This document shows positions 17,781 to 27,527 of a DNA stretch of 35,926 bases, piece after piece. This stretch comes from an uncultured Clostridia bacterium. GTDB taxonomy: Bacteria; Bacillota; Clostridia; Christensenellales; UBA1242. Within the stretch, counting starts at the first letter, position 1, and each line of letters begins with the position of its first letter. The position numbers were made by a program, and so were the translations under genes. The stretch lies in assembly GCA_944384485.1 (NCBI GenBank), contig CALWTO010000032.1, positions 1 through 35,926 of the forward strand. Reading direction: 5' to 3'. Below the pieces are notes generated by a model that did no database searches, was not told the DNA's origin, and worked only from the letters and a program-made list of their open reading frames with translations.

Positions 17781-19238
17781 CTATTTCATAAGAGGGAACA
17801 AAATTGAATCTCTTATATTAGGCAAATCAAAAATAAATTGCACAAATCTGTCTATACCAAATCCCAAACCAGAAATTGGAGGCATACCATGTTCCATAGC
17901 AAGCAAGAAATCTTCATCAACATCCATAGTTTCATCATCGCCTTGTGCTTTTTCAAGAAGTTGTTCTTCCAAATTTTTTCTTTGCAACATTGGATCAACA
18001 AGTTCTGAATATGCTTTTACAAGTTCTGCACCACCTGCAACCACCTGGAACACGTCAATTATCCTGTTGTCTTTATCGTTTCTTCTTGCAAGTGGTATTA
18101 AAACTGCTGGGTAGTTGTATAAAATTGTTGGATTTACAATTTCAGCTCTTATTTTTCTTTTGTAAATATAATCTACAAGAGTTCTTATTGTTTTACATTC
18201 TTCAAGTTCTGCAAATGAGAAAAGCCCTTTATCTACTACTTTTTGTTTAAATGCATCAACATCAGTTTCATTTAAAAAGTCAAACCCTAAAATTTCTTTC
18301 ATTCTTTCAACATAATTTATTCTTGGCCATTCTCCTGCGAAATCGATTTCTTGACCTTGATAAGAAATTTTTGTTGTTCCTAAACATTCATTTAAAAGTT
18401 TTGGAATCATGCCTTTGAAAAATTTGATATTATCTTCAAAATCCCAGTATGAAGCATACCATTCAACTTGAGTAAACTCTTGCAAGTGTGTTGGGTCCAT
18501 ACCTTCATTTCTAAAATCTTTTCCAAGTTCAAAAACTCTATCAAAACCAGCCCCAATACATTGTTTTAACCATGTTTCTGTTGCAATTCTCAAGTTACAT
18601 TCAATATCGAGTGCATTGTGATGAGTAAAGAAAGGCTTTGCACTAGCACCACTTACACTTCTTTGCAATACAGGAGTTTCAACTTCAATAAAACCATTAT
18701 CTTCAAGATATCTTCTTACAAAAGAAACAATTTTGCTTCTTGTAAGCATAATCTTTCTTGTGTCTTCGTTCATAACAAGATCAAGGTATCTTTGTCTATA
18801 TTTTGTTTCAGTGTCAGTAAGACCATGAAATTTTTCTGGGAGTGGTCTCAACGTTTTTGAAAGCAATGTAATCTTTTCGCATTTAACAGTTACTTCCCCT
18901 GTTTGAGTCAAATAAACTTCACCTTCAACCCCTACAAAATCAGCAATATCAATCATTTTTTTATAGAAGTCATAATCTTCTTCACTAAGTTCATTTCTTC
19001 CAACAGACACTTGAATTTTTGCATCAATATCTCGAATTTGAATAAAACCAAATTTACCCATTACTCTTTTAAATATAATTCTTCCAGCAATTTTAACCCT
19101 TTCGCCGACCTTTTCTCTTGCCTCTTTTATAGTGCAAGTTCTTTCAAATTTGGCTTTGTATGGAATTTCTCCCATTTCAATTAATTTAGATATTTTGTCC
19201 TTTCTAATGTCAACTTCATTTGATAAATTTTGTTCCAT
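17781..19238 (-). CDS. lysS: Lysine--tRNA ligase (class II)
   Basis: LRPLPEKFHGL, YRQRYLDL, EVETP, FRNEG and GMPP..GLGFGIDR. Confidence 0.97.
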   Translation of the reverse strand: MEQNLSNEVDIRKDKISKLIEMGEIPYKAKFERTCTIKEAREKVGERVKIAGRIIFKRVMGKFGFIQIRDIDAKIQVSVGRNELSEEDYDFYKKMIDIADFVGVEGEVYLTQTGEVTVKCEKITLLSKTLRPLPEKFHGLTDTETKYRQRYLDLVMNEDTRKIMLTRSKIVSFVRRYLEDNGFIEVETPVLQRSVSGASAKPFFTHHNALDIECNLRIATETWLKQCIGAGFDRVFELGKDFRNEGMDPTHLQEFTQVEWYASYWDFEDNIKFFKGMIPKLLNECLGTTKISYQGQEIDFAGEWPRINYVERMKEILGFDFLNETDVDAFKQKVVDKGLFSFAELEECKTIRTLVDYIYKRKIRAEIVNPTILYNYPAVLIPLARRNDKDNRIIDVFQVVAGGAELVKAYSELVDPMLQRKNLEEQLLEKAQGDDETMDVDEDFLLAMEHGMPPISGLGFGIDRFVQFIFDLPNIRDSILFPLMK

Positions 19239-19295
19239 TTTTTCTCCTTTATTTTTTTAAAATTTTATGTAAAACAAAAATTTTCTTCATGTCTT

Positions 19296-19324
19296 AATTT
19301 ATCATAAAAAGAAAGATATGTCAA
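19296..19324 (-). promoter_or_regulatory. Sigma-A promoter of lysS-nth
   Basis: TTGACA, 17 nt, TAAATT, with extended -10 TG. Confidence 0.65.
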
Positions 19325-19355
19325 ACAAAACTTTTATGTTTAACATATCTTGCAA

Positions 19356-19898
19356 TCAACTTTTATATTTTCTTAAATAATAATTATAATTTTTATAAAC
19401 TTTATTTAAATAATCTTCTGTTTCTTTAAACGGAATTTTAAAAAGCGACTTCCCATCGCTAGAATATTCTTCATTTTTAAGCCAATTTGAAACATTACCT
19501 TGCCCAGCATTATATGCACATATAGCCAATTTTTCATCATTAAAATATTTTATTAAATATGAAAGATAGTAAGTCCCTATTTCCAAATTATATTTTACAT
19601 CAAAAAGTTTTTCTTGACTGTATTCTTTTCCTATTTTTGAAGCAACCCACTCCGCAGTTGTTGGCATTATTTGCATTATGCCACAAGCCCCTTTACTCGA
19701 TTGAGCACTTTCATTAAAGCCACTTTCACTGTTTACAACTGAAGCAATCAACGCACTTTTAACATCATATTCTTGCCCCAGCATTTCAATTTCTTCTTTA
19801 TATTTCATAGGATAAAAATAACTATAAAAACAATGCAAACAAAAAGTAAGCATTATCGCAACAATTAATAATGAAAAGATTGACAACATTGTTTTCAC
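19356..19898 (-). CDS. Lytic transglycosylase (SLT domain) with N-terminal membrane anchor
   Basis: ES.F, GA.GIMQIMPTTA, AYNAG and PFKET.DY. Confidence 0.93.
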   Translation of the reverse strand: MKTMLSIFSLLIVAIMLTFCLHCFYSYFYPMKYKEEIEMLGQEYDVKSALIASVVNSESGFNESAQSSKGACGIMQIMPTTAEWVASKIGKEYSQEKLFDVKYNLEIGTYYLSYLIKYFNDEKLAICAYNAGQGNVSNWLKNEEYSSDGKSLFKIPFKETEDYLNKVYKNYNYYLRKYKS

Positions 19899-19952
19899 AT
19901 TCTTATTTTATGAACATAAATAACTTATATACTTTTTATTTAAAAAAGAGCT

Positions 19953-20207
19953 TCAAATTTTTTCGAGCGAATTTCTTCCTTGAAATTGGCTATATTTAAA
20001 AAATCCTACAAATGCTCTAAAAGGTTTTGTTGCTAATAAATTTTTTGCAACCTGTAAAGCACTATAGGCAAATTTGACAGAAATGCCACATGCTCTACCC
20101 GCCTCTTTTGGGGTATTTACTATTTGGCAAAAAATACCATTACTTTTCAATAATTGAGAAAAATACAAAGTTTCGTTTCTAGAACTAAATATCGCAATAA
20201 TATTCAT
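19953..20207 (-). CDS. DUF3343 family protein (putative S/Se carrier-like)
   Basis: F.S....L.F...LK..GI...IVNTP......CGISVKF pattern. Confidence 0.8.
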   Translation of the reverse strand: MNIIAIFSSRNETLYFSQLLKSNGIFCQIVNTPKEAGRACGISVKFAYSALQVAKNLLATKPFRAFVGFFKYSQFQGRNSLEKI

Positions 20208-20278
20208 TCCAATTTACTTCCTTTTATCACACATTCCCTACATTTTCACTATATTGTAAATAGAAAGGAAAGTTTACA

Positions 20279-21433
20279 ATGATTTATTTAGATAACAGCG
20301 CCTCAACTTTTGTTAAACCCAAGCAAGTAATAAACGCTGTAAATGATAGTTTGCTTCACTATTGCGCAAATCCTGGACGAAGCGGTCATAATGCAAGTAT
20401 TAAAAGTGCACTAATGGTAGAAAAAACAAGAGAAAATATTGCAAATCATTTTGGATTAAGCAATCCCCAAAATGTTATTTTTACTTACAATTGCACTTCT
20501 GCCTTAAACACTGCTATATTTGGGTTCGCAAAAAAAGGTTGTCATATTATTGCCAGTGAAAATGAACACAATTCTGTTTTAAGACCTCTAGAAAAACTTA
20601 AACAAGATGGAATAATAGAATATGATATCGCATATCAGCATAATCCAATCGGCATAACAATAGAAGATTTTTTGCCTTATGTGAAAAATAATACATCAAT
20701 GATAATATGCAACCATATTTCAAATGTAAATGGAGCAAAAGCCGAAATTGAAGGTATTGGAAAATTTTGCAAAGAAAAAAATATATTGTTTTTATTGGAT
20801 TGTGCACAAAGTTGTGGTCATGAAAAAATAGACATGGAAAAACAAAATATAAATCTGTTAGCTTTTGCCGGACACAAAGGTTTTTATGCTCCACAATCAA
20901 TTGGAGCATTGTTAATCAATACTGATAAAAAAATAGTTCCGCTTATTTATGGCGGAACAGGAACAAATTCTTTAGAGTTATTTCAGCCTGAAAATTTGCC
21001 TGAAAGACTAGAAAGCGGAACTGTAAGCACCCCTTTAATTATGGGATTAAACGCTGGTTTAAATTTTGTTGAAAACAATTTTGAAGATATAAAATACAAA
21101 CTTGATGATCTTTCAACTTATTTAAATTTTGAACTTAACAAATTAGATTTTAAAGTGTATACTCAACCTGAAAATTCAACTGGAGTTATCGCCTTTAACA
21201 TTGATGATTATGATTCAAATCAAATTGCCACAATTTTAAATGAAAGATACAACATTTGTGTTCGTGGTGGATACCACTGCGCGCCATTAAAACATAAGGC
21301 ACTTAAAACACTTGATCAAGGCGCTGTGAGAGTAAGTCTTTCATATTTTAACACTTTCAGCGAAATTCAACATTTACTTTATGCTTTAAAAAATATTCGA
21401 AACAAAATTTTTAAGCAAAATAAAAAAGGCTAA
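20279..21433 (+). CDS. Cysteine desulfurase family, class V PLP enzyme (SufS/CsdA-like)
   Basis: IYLDNSAST, EHNSV, DCAQ, PLP lysine in AGHKG, catalytic RGGYHCA and VRVS. Confidence 0.92.
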   Translation: MIYLDNSASTFVKPKQVINAVNDSLLHYCANPGRSGHNASIKSALMVEKTRENIANHFGLSNPQNVIFTYNCTSALNTAIFGFAKKGCHIIASENEHNSVLRPLEKLKQDGIIEYDIAYQHNPIGITIEDFLPYVKNNTSMIICNHISNVNGAKAEIEGIGKFCKEKNILFLLDCAQSCGHEKIDMEKQNINLLAFAGHKGFYAPQSIGALLINTDKKIVPLIYGGTGTNSLELFQPENLPERLESGTVSTPLIMGLNAGLNFVENNFEDIKYKLDDLSTYLNFELNKLDFKVYTQPENSTGVIAFNIDDYDSNQIATILNERYNICVRGGYHCAPLKHKALKTLDQGAVRVSLSYFNTFSEIQHLLYALKNIRNKIFKQNKKG

Positions 21434-21446
21434 ACTAGCCTTTTTT
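21422..21446. terminator. Bidirectional terminator between the desulfurase and pnp
   Basis: AAAAAAGGCTA-AAC-TAGCCTTTTTT. Confidence 0.85.
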
Positions 21447-23532
21447 ATTTTTCAATTCTTTTAAGGTCGATTCTTCCTTTGTCATCAATCTTAATAACTT
21501 CTACTTCGATTGAATCTCCAACTTTTACAACATCTTCAATTTTTTCAACTCTCTTTTTTGAAAGTTTAGAAATATGAACCATACCTTCTTTGTTTCCAGC
21601 AAATTCAACAAATGCACCAAAATTTGTAATTCTTACAACTTTTGCATCATAAACATTTCCAACTTCAACTTCTTCTACAATGCCTAAAATGATTTCTTTT
21701 GCTCTTTCAGCCATAGCCAAATCTTCTGTAGCTATGAATACTTTTCCATCATCATCAATGTCAATTTTTACACCTGTTTCATCAATAATCTTGTTGATTG
21801 TTTTTCCGCCAGATCCAATTACATCTTTGATTTTGTCAGGGTTAATTGTAAATGATATAATCTTAGGAGCATATTTTGAAAGTTCTTTTCTTGGTTCTCT
21901 GATTTCTTCAAGAAGTTTTTGCATAATAAACATTCTGCCTTCTCTAGCTTGTTTTAATGCTGTTGTCAAAATATCTCTATCAATACCTTTGATTTTTATA
22001 TCCATTTGAATTGCAGTAACACCTTTTTCTGTTCCTGTAACTTTAAAGTCCATATCGCCAAGGAAATCTTCAAGACCTTGAATATCAGAAAGAACTGCAA
22101 CTTTTTTGCTTTCTTCATCTTTTATAAGTCCCATAGCAATACCAGCAACTGGTCTTTTAATTGGAACACCTCCATCCATTAAAGCCAAAGTTGAACCACA
22201 AACAGAAGCCATTGAAGAAGAACCATTTGATGATAAAACTTCACTTACAAGTCTTAAAGCATAAGGGAATTCTTCCTCACTTGGAATAACAGGCTCAAGA
22301 GCTCTTTCAGCAAGTGCTCCATGTCCAATTTCTCTTCTTCCTGGGCTTTTTAAGTTTCTTGCTTCCCCTGTAGCATATGGAGGCATGTTGTAATGGTGAA
22401 CATAACGATTTACTTCTTCATCATCAAGCCCATCCAATTTTTGCATATCAGAAACAGTTCCCAAAGTTAAAGAAGTAAGAACTTGAGTTTGTCCACGAGT
22501 AAAAATTGCACTTCCATGAACTCTTGGTAAAATACCAGTTTCACACCAAATAGGACGAATTTCTGTAAGAGTTCTGCCATCTGGACGAACACCTTTATTT
22601 AAAATTTTTGCTCTTACTTTTTCTTTTGTCATTTTGTAAAGAACATCGCCAATTGCCTTTTCGCTTTCTGGAAAAATTTCAGCAAAATGTTCTTTTGTTT
22701 CTTGGTCAACTTGTTCTTGTCTTTTTTGTCTTTCTTCTCTATCGAAAGTGTCAAGAGCCCAATCAAGTTTTTCATTTGCAAATTCACGAACTTGCTGATT
22801 TATTTCATCAGGAACAATATCGTAAATCAAATTTTGACATAAAGGTTTTCCAATTTGTTGTTTAACTTCTTTTTGGAATGCAACAATTTTCTTTATTTCT
22901 TCATGAGCAAACATTATTGCATCAAGCATTGTTTCTTCTGGAACTTCATTTGCTCCCGCTTCTACCATTAAAACAGCCTCATCAGTTCCAGCAACAGTCA
23001 AATGCATTTCTGACTTTTCTCTTTCTTCGCTACTTGGATTTATGATAAATTTACCATCAACAAGACCTACTTGAACAGATCCAGTTGGTCCCATAAATGG
23101 AATATCAGAAATTGTCAAAGCAAAAGAAGAACCAAGCATAGCAAGAGGTTCTGGAGCGCAGTCTGGGTCAACAGATAATGCAGTTGCTACCACACAAACA
23201 TCATGATAGAATCCTTTTGGGAACAAAGGTCTTAAAGGTCTATCAATAAGTCTTGAAGTTAAAATTGCTTTATCAGAAGGCTTTCCTTCTCTCTTTTTAA
23301 ATCCACCAGGAATTTTTCCTACTGAATACATTTTTTCTTCATAATCAACAGCAAGAGGGAAAAAGTCAATGCCAGGTCTTGGTTCTTTTGACATTGTAAC
23401 ATTTACCATTATAACAGTTTCACCACATCTTACAAGACATGATCCATTTGATTGTTCGCAAAGTCTTCCTGTTTCAAATGAAACTTCTTTTCCGCCAACG
23501 TTTAATTTAAAAATTTTTGCATCGTTTTTCAT
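21445..23532 (-). CDS. pnp: Polyribonucleotide nucleotidyltransferase
   Basis: [44 protein letters not shown], and KH and S1 domains. Confidence 0.98.
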   Translation of the reverse strand: MKNDAKIFKLNVGGKEVSFETGRLCEQSNGSCLVRCGETVIMVNVTMSKEPRPGIDFFPLAVDYEEKMYSVGKIPGGFKKREGKPSDKAILTSRLIDRPLRPLFPKGFYHDVCVVATALSVDPDCAPEPLAMLGSSFALTISDIPFMGPTGSVQVGLVDGKFIINPSSEEREKSEMHLTVAGTDEAVLMVEAGANEVPEETMLDAIMFAHEEIKKIVAFQKEVKQQIGKPLCQNLIYDIVPDEINQQVREFANEKLDWALDTFDREERQKRQEQVDQETKEHFAEIFPESEKAIGDVLYKMTKEKVRAKILNKGVRPDGRTLTEIRPIWCETGILPRVHGSAIFTRGQTQVLTSLTLGTVSDMQKLDGLDDEEVNRYVHHYNMPPYATGEARNLKSPGRREIGHGALAERALEPVIPSEEEFPYALRLVSEVLSSNGSSSMASVCGSTLALMDGGVPIKRPVAGIAMGLIKDEESKKVAVLSDIQGLEDFLGDMDFKVTGTEKGVTAIQMDIKIKGIDRDILTTALKQAREGRMFIMQKLLEEIREPRKELSKYAPKIISFTINPDKIKDVIGSGGKTINKIIDETGVKIDIDDDGKVFIATEDLAMAERAKEIILGIVEEVEVGNVYDAKVVRITNFGAFVEFAGNKEGMVHISKLSKKRVEKIEDVVKVGDSIEVEVIKIDDKGRIDLKRIEK

Positions 23533-23555
23533 TATTTAATCTCCTTGAAATTAAT

Positions 23556-23587
23556 AAAAGGGGCGAAAAAATTCTAACCCCCTTTTT
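23556..23587 (-). terminator. Terminator/processing hairpin between rpsO and pnp
   Basis: AAAAGGGG...CCCCTTTT inverted repeat. Confidence 0.65.
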
Positions 23588-23593
23588 CTTTAA

Positions 23594-23854
23594 TTATTTA
23601 ATATCACGGATATTGAGTTTTTTGATTAATTCTCTGTAAGCATCAATATCTTTATTTTTCAAATACAACATAAAGCCTTTTCTTTTACCTACCATTTGAA
23701 GAAGACCACGTCTTGAATGGTTATCTTTTGGGTTTTTCTTCAAATGTTCGTTCAAATGGTTGATTCTTGCAGTTAAAAGAGCAAGTTGAACTTGAACAGA
23801 GCCTGTGTCGTTTTCTGAAAGTTTGAATGAATCAATAATTTCTTTCTTTTCCAT
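23594..23854 (-). CDS. rpsO: 30S ribosomal protein S15
   Basis: DTGS..VQ.ALLT.RI.HL.EHL...PKD.HSRRGLL.MVGKR; ATG at 23854 follows GGGAGG. Confidence 0.98.
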   Translation of the reverse strand: MEKKEIIDSFKLSENDTGSVQVQLALLTARINHLNEHLKKNPKDNHSRRGLLQMVGKRKGFMLYLKNKDIDAYRELIKKLNIRDIK

Positions 23855-23859
23855 AATTT

Positions 23860-23940
23860 CCTCCCATTTAATTTTTATTTCCAAAACCGAAGCAATCCGT
23901 CAGAAGGTCTCAAGATAACTGCGATTAAGGCATCGACTGA
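23860..23940 (-). promoter_or_regulatory. Putative S15 autoregulatory leader RNA
   Basis: A locally GC-enriched 5' UTR of about 85 nt between the promoter and the rpsO SD, with complementary segments (GCAGTT/GATTGC). rpsO leaders are known in Bacillota. Confidence 0.5.
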
Positions 23941-23945
23941 AATAG

Positions 23946-23974
23946 ATTATAGCACAACATTACAAAAATGTAAA
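23946..23974 (-). promoter_or_regulatory. Sigma-A promoter of rpsO-pnp
   Basis: TTTACA, 17 nt, TATAAT, with extended -10 TGc. Confidence 0.75.
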
Positions 23975-24009
23975 CTATTTTTAGAAAAAACTTGTGTCGA
24001 ATTTTTAAT

Positions 24010-25422
24010 TTATTTATAAAATTTTCTTTTTTCTTCAATAATAGAATCTATTCTGTCGCAATAATCATTAATAAATTTTACATTGTGTTGTCTTTCAATT
24101 CTATTTTCAAGATTAAAAACTCTTTTGCTCATTGCTCCTGCACCCACTCCAATAACAGTGTTTGTTTCTTCCATGCTGTCAATGTTGAATTTACAAACAA
24201 AATCATCTCTAAAATAGCCTACATTTTCAAGCCCGCCAAGTTGATTTTTTTGCCTGTACATATAGTAAGGTTTGTAACCATTTTCGGCTAACAAATCATG
24301 AGCAAAATCCATCATTTTATTAATATCTTTTGTATCTATTATTTCTGTTTGGTCTTTTAATTGCGCACCTCTTTTTACAGACAAAGTGTGCACTGTTATA
24401 TTGTGAGGATAAAGTTCAATTAAAGTTTTGCAAGTCTTTTTAAAAGTTCCTAGTTTCTCCATTGGTAAACCTGCAATAACATCCATATTTACAATAAAAC
24501 CTCTTTCAAGAGCCATTGTATACGCATCAAAAATTTGTTTGTTTGTATGACTTCTACCAATTCTTTTTAAAGTTGTTTGAGAAAACGTTTGTGGATTTAT
24601 AGAAATTCTTGTGACACCATATTTCTTTAAAATATCAAGTTTAGATGAAGTTATGGTGTCCGCCCTTCCACATTCAACTGTTTTTTCATCAACAGAAAAG
24701 TTAAGCATTTGCATAAGCCTTTCAAGTTGATTATCATTTAAAACAGAAGGAGTGCCACCACCCACATAAATAGTCCTGACTATGTAAGCCTTGTTAAAAA
24801 TAATTTTCTTTACTGCTTGAATTTCCTTTTCAAGACAATCTAAATATTTATTGACTTTTTCTTCCCCAAGCGAAGATAATTGATGAGAAATAAAAGAACA
24901 ATAAAGACACCTTGTTGGACAAATTGGAATATTTACATATAAATCTATAAGGTTGTCGTTTCTTATAATACATTTTTGATTTTTCAAAATGTTTGCAACA
25001 AGTTTGGCTTTTTGTGGCGAAACATAAAACATATTTTGCAAAGTTTCACATACAAGATATTCTTTAGCTTGCCCTTTTTCTATCATATCTCTTATCAGTT
25101 TTGTTGGCCTAACTCCTGTTAAAGAACCCCAAGGCAACTGAATTTTTAATTCTTTGCTTAAAATCGAATATAAATGATTTTTTACCATTTTTTTAATAAG
25201 AGATTTTTTTTCAAGGTCACTTAAATTTTCATCTAAATTATAACTAAAACTGTATTGTTTTTCTTCATTTGTAAAAGTGTTCTTAAAAACAAATTGATTA
25301 ACAACCATAGTTGAATTTCTTTGCTCATCATGTATTATTTCTATTTCTTCATGAGTTCCAAACAAATTAGCCAAATCTTGCAATTCAATTTGCAATTCTT
25401 CTCTATTAGTTTTAATTACCAT
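24010..25422 (-). CDS. hemZ: Radical SAM HemZ (HemN-like) protein
   Basis: PWGSLTGVRPTK, CPTRCLYC, YVGGGTPS, RISINPQT and PYYMYRQK; downstream of rel. Confidence 0.92.
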   Translation of the reverse strand: MVIKTNREELQIELQDLANLFGTHEEIEIIHDEQRNSTMVVNQFVFKNTFTNEEKQYSFSYNLDENLSDLEKKSLIKKMVKNHLYSILSKELKIQLPWGSLTGVRPTKLIRDMIEKGQAKEYLVCETLQNMFYVSPQKAKLVANILKNQKCIIRNDNLIDLYVNIPICPTRCLYCSFISHQLSSLGEEKVNKYLDCLEKEIQAVKKIIFNKAYIVRTIYVGGGTPSVLNDNQLERLMQMLNFSVDEKTVECGRADTITSSKLDILKKYGVTRISINPQTFSQTTLKRIGRSHTNKQIFDAYTMALERGFIVNMDVIAGLPMEKLGTFKKTCKTLIELYPHNITVHTLSVKRGAQLKDQTEIIDTKDINKMMDFAHDLLAENGYKPYYMYRQKNQLGGLENVGYFRDDFVCKFNIDSMEETNTVIGVGAGAMSKRVFNLENRIERQHNVKFINDYCDRIDSIIEEKRKFYK

Positions 25423-27524
25423 TTTTCACTCCTATAAACATCTGTAACATTCTTTAAAGTTTTTATAGAAGATATAACCTTTTGAAGTTCTGCGGTGTTT
25501 TTTACTTCTATTGTGATAAAACAATCAAAAATATCACCAATATCTTTGGCTTCAAATCCACGAATAGGAAGTTTCATGTTTGTTATAAGAGTTGTAAGTT
25601 TTGCAATGTTGTTGTCTGCTTTATCAGCAATAACTTTAAGTGTCGCAAGGAAAGATGCGTTTTCTCTTTCTTGCCATTGTGCCCCAATCAATCTTTCTGG
25701 CTCAAGATATTTAATGTTTGGACAATTATGTCTATGAATTGTAACCCCTTTTCCTCTCGAAATGTAACCTATAATTTCGTCACCTTCAATTGGAGAGCAA
25801 CAACCCGCAAATCTAACTAAAAGTCCACTATCGCCGTCAATCAAAACACCTTCTTTATTCTTTTTTAAATGAACAACATTTGTTGAAATTTTTTCAATTT
25901 TATGATCTCTATTCCAATAAGCAATAAGCCTGCCTGCAACTTGACCAGCAGAGAGTGAGCCACATCCTATAGCTGCATACAATTCATCTTCATTTTCAAA
26001 ATTAAATTTAGCAAATATTTCTTTTAAATAGTCATTATTTAATAATTGCGAAGGAACAAAATTTTTATCTTGCAATAGTTCAACTAAAATGCTTTTACCA
26101 ATCTTTATGTTTTCTTCTTTCATTTCAGATTTGAAGAAAGCCCTTATTTTGGATTTAGTATTGTTGCATCTAACAAAATTAAGCCAATCTCTAGAAGGGC
26201 CTTTTGATTGTGTTGAAGTAATTATTTCAACTATATCACCATTTGCTAACGGAGTGTTTAAAGGCTTCATTTTTTGATTAATTTTTGCACCAACACAAGT
26301 ATTACCAACATCAGTATGAATTGCATAAGCAAAATCTATTGCTGTTGCCCCTTCAGGAAATTCTATAACTCTCCCCTTTGGTGTTTGAACGAATATAATT
26401 CCGTCATATAAATCGCTCTTTAATGTGTTTATAAAGTCATCATTTGACATGTTTTTTGCATTTTCAACGGTTTCTCTAAACCATGTCATTCTGCTGTCTA
26501 ATTCATCTTTTTTATTCTTTTTTTCTTTGTATAACCAATGTGCACAAACTCCACCATATTCAGATTCCCTGTGCATTTCGTATGTTCTTATTTGTATTTC
26601 CATTGGATGTTGGTTTTCAACAATAATAGTTGTGTGTAAAGATTTATAGCCATTTGGTTTTGGGTTTGCTATATAATCTTTAACTCTTCCAGCCATAGGC
26701 TTATAAATAGCATGGACTCTACCAAGCACGGCATAACACTCTTCAACTGTTTCGACAATCACACGCATTGCAATAATATCATATATTTGATTTAATCTTA
26801 AATTTTTGCTATGCAACTTGTTGTAAATAGAAGATATATGTTTTTGTCTAGCAACAATTTCGCCTTTTATATTCAAATCTTTCAATATAGCATAAATTTT
26901 CGATTTTGAAATTGTAAGTTGTTTTTCATTTTCTTCGTATTTACTTTGAACCGACTCTTTTAACCTTTGGAATTCTTCTGGATGTAAAAGTCTTATAACA
27001 TTATCTGCCAAATCTTGTTTTAATTTGTCAAACCCCAATCTTTCAGATAAAGGCACATGGATTTCTTCAACTTGTTTTACAAATCTTCTTTGCGCCTCAG
27101 TCAAAGGCAATTCCAAAATTGAGATATCATAGCAAATTCCTGCAAGTTTGATAAAAACCACACGCATATCTTTGCTCATGGCTACAAACATTCTTTTTAT
27201 ATCTTCAATTTCTTCACTTAAAGTCAACTGACTTATATCTTTTATTACCTTATAAGTTTCAACCATTTCAATAGCATCAGTAGTAAGTTCTTTTTCAATC
27301 TTTTCCGCTTTTTCTTCATCTACTTTGAAAAGTTGGTATGTCAAAAAAGCGAGAAGAGAATCTTTGTCTATATTCATGTCAATAATTAAATCAACAATAA
27401 AAGCAACCCTTTTTAAATTCATTTTTCCACAAATGATATCTTCAATAAGCGTTTTATCTTTCTCTTTTATATAATCTAGATTATAAATTTTTTCTTTTAT
27501 TTCGTTTATGAGATTAGTCTCCAT
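25416..27524 (-). CDS. relA: Long RelA/SpoT homologue with intact synthetase, TGS, ZFD and ACT domains but a degenerate HD hydrolase domain
   Basis: RQKHISSIY.K, YDIIAMRVIV, RVKDYIANPKPNGYKSLHT, EIQIRT, TGS DFAYAIHT and ZFD CC.P..GD/HR.NC are present. The HDxxED position reads YQLFKV. Confidence 0.93.
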   Translation of the reverse strand: METNLINEIKEKIYNLDYIKEKDKTLIEDIICGKMNLKRVAFIVDLIIDMNIDKDSLLAFLTYQLFKVDEEKAEKIEKELTTDAIEMVETYKVIKDISQLTLSEEIEDIKRMFVAMSKDMRVVFIKLAGICYDISILELPLTEAQRRFVKQVEEIHVPLSERLGFDKLKQDLADNVIRLLHPEEFQRLKESVQSKYEENEKQLTISKSKIYAILKDLNIKGEIVARQKHISSIYNKLHSKNLRLNQIYDIIAMRVIVETVEECYAVLGRVHAIYKPMAGRVKDYIANPKPNGYKSLHTTIIVENQHPMEIQIRTYEMHRESEYGGVCAHWLYKEKKNKKDELDSRMTWFRETVENAKNMSNDDFINTLKSDLYDGIIFVQTPKGRVIEFPEGATAIDFAYAIHTDVGNTCVGAKINQKMKPLNTPLANGDIVEIITSTQSKGPSRDWLNFVRCNNTKSKIRAFFKSEMKEENIKIGKSILVELLQDKNFVPSQLLNNDYLKEIFAKFNFENEDELYAAIGCGSLSAGQVAGRLIAYWNRDHKIEKISTNVVHLKKNKEGVLIDGDSGLLVRFAGCCSPIEGDEIIGYISRGKGVTIHRHNCPNIKYLEPERLIGAQWQERENASFLATLKVIADKADNNIAKLTTLITNMKLPIRGFEAKDIGDIFDCFITIEVKNTAELQKVISSIKTLKNVTDVYRSEKW

Positions 27525-27527
27525 GAC

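Noticed and set aside
23946-23959. 14-bp identity (ATTATAGCACAACA) between the rpsO and aspS promoters as a regulator site
   Set aside because: It is explained by the extended -10 consensus TGTGnTATAAT.
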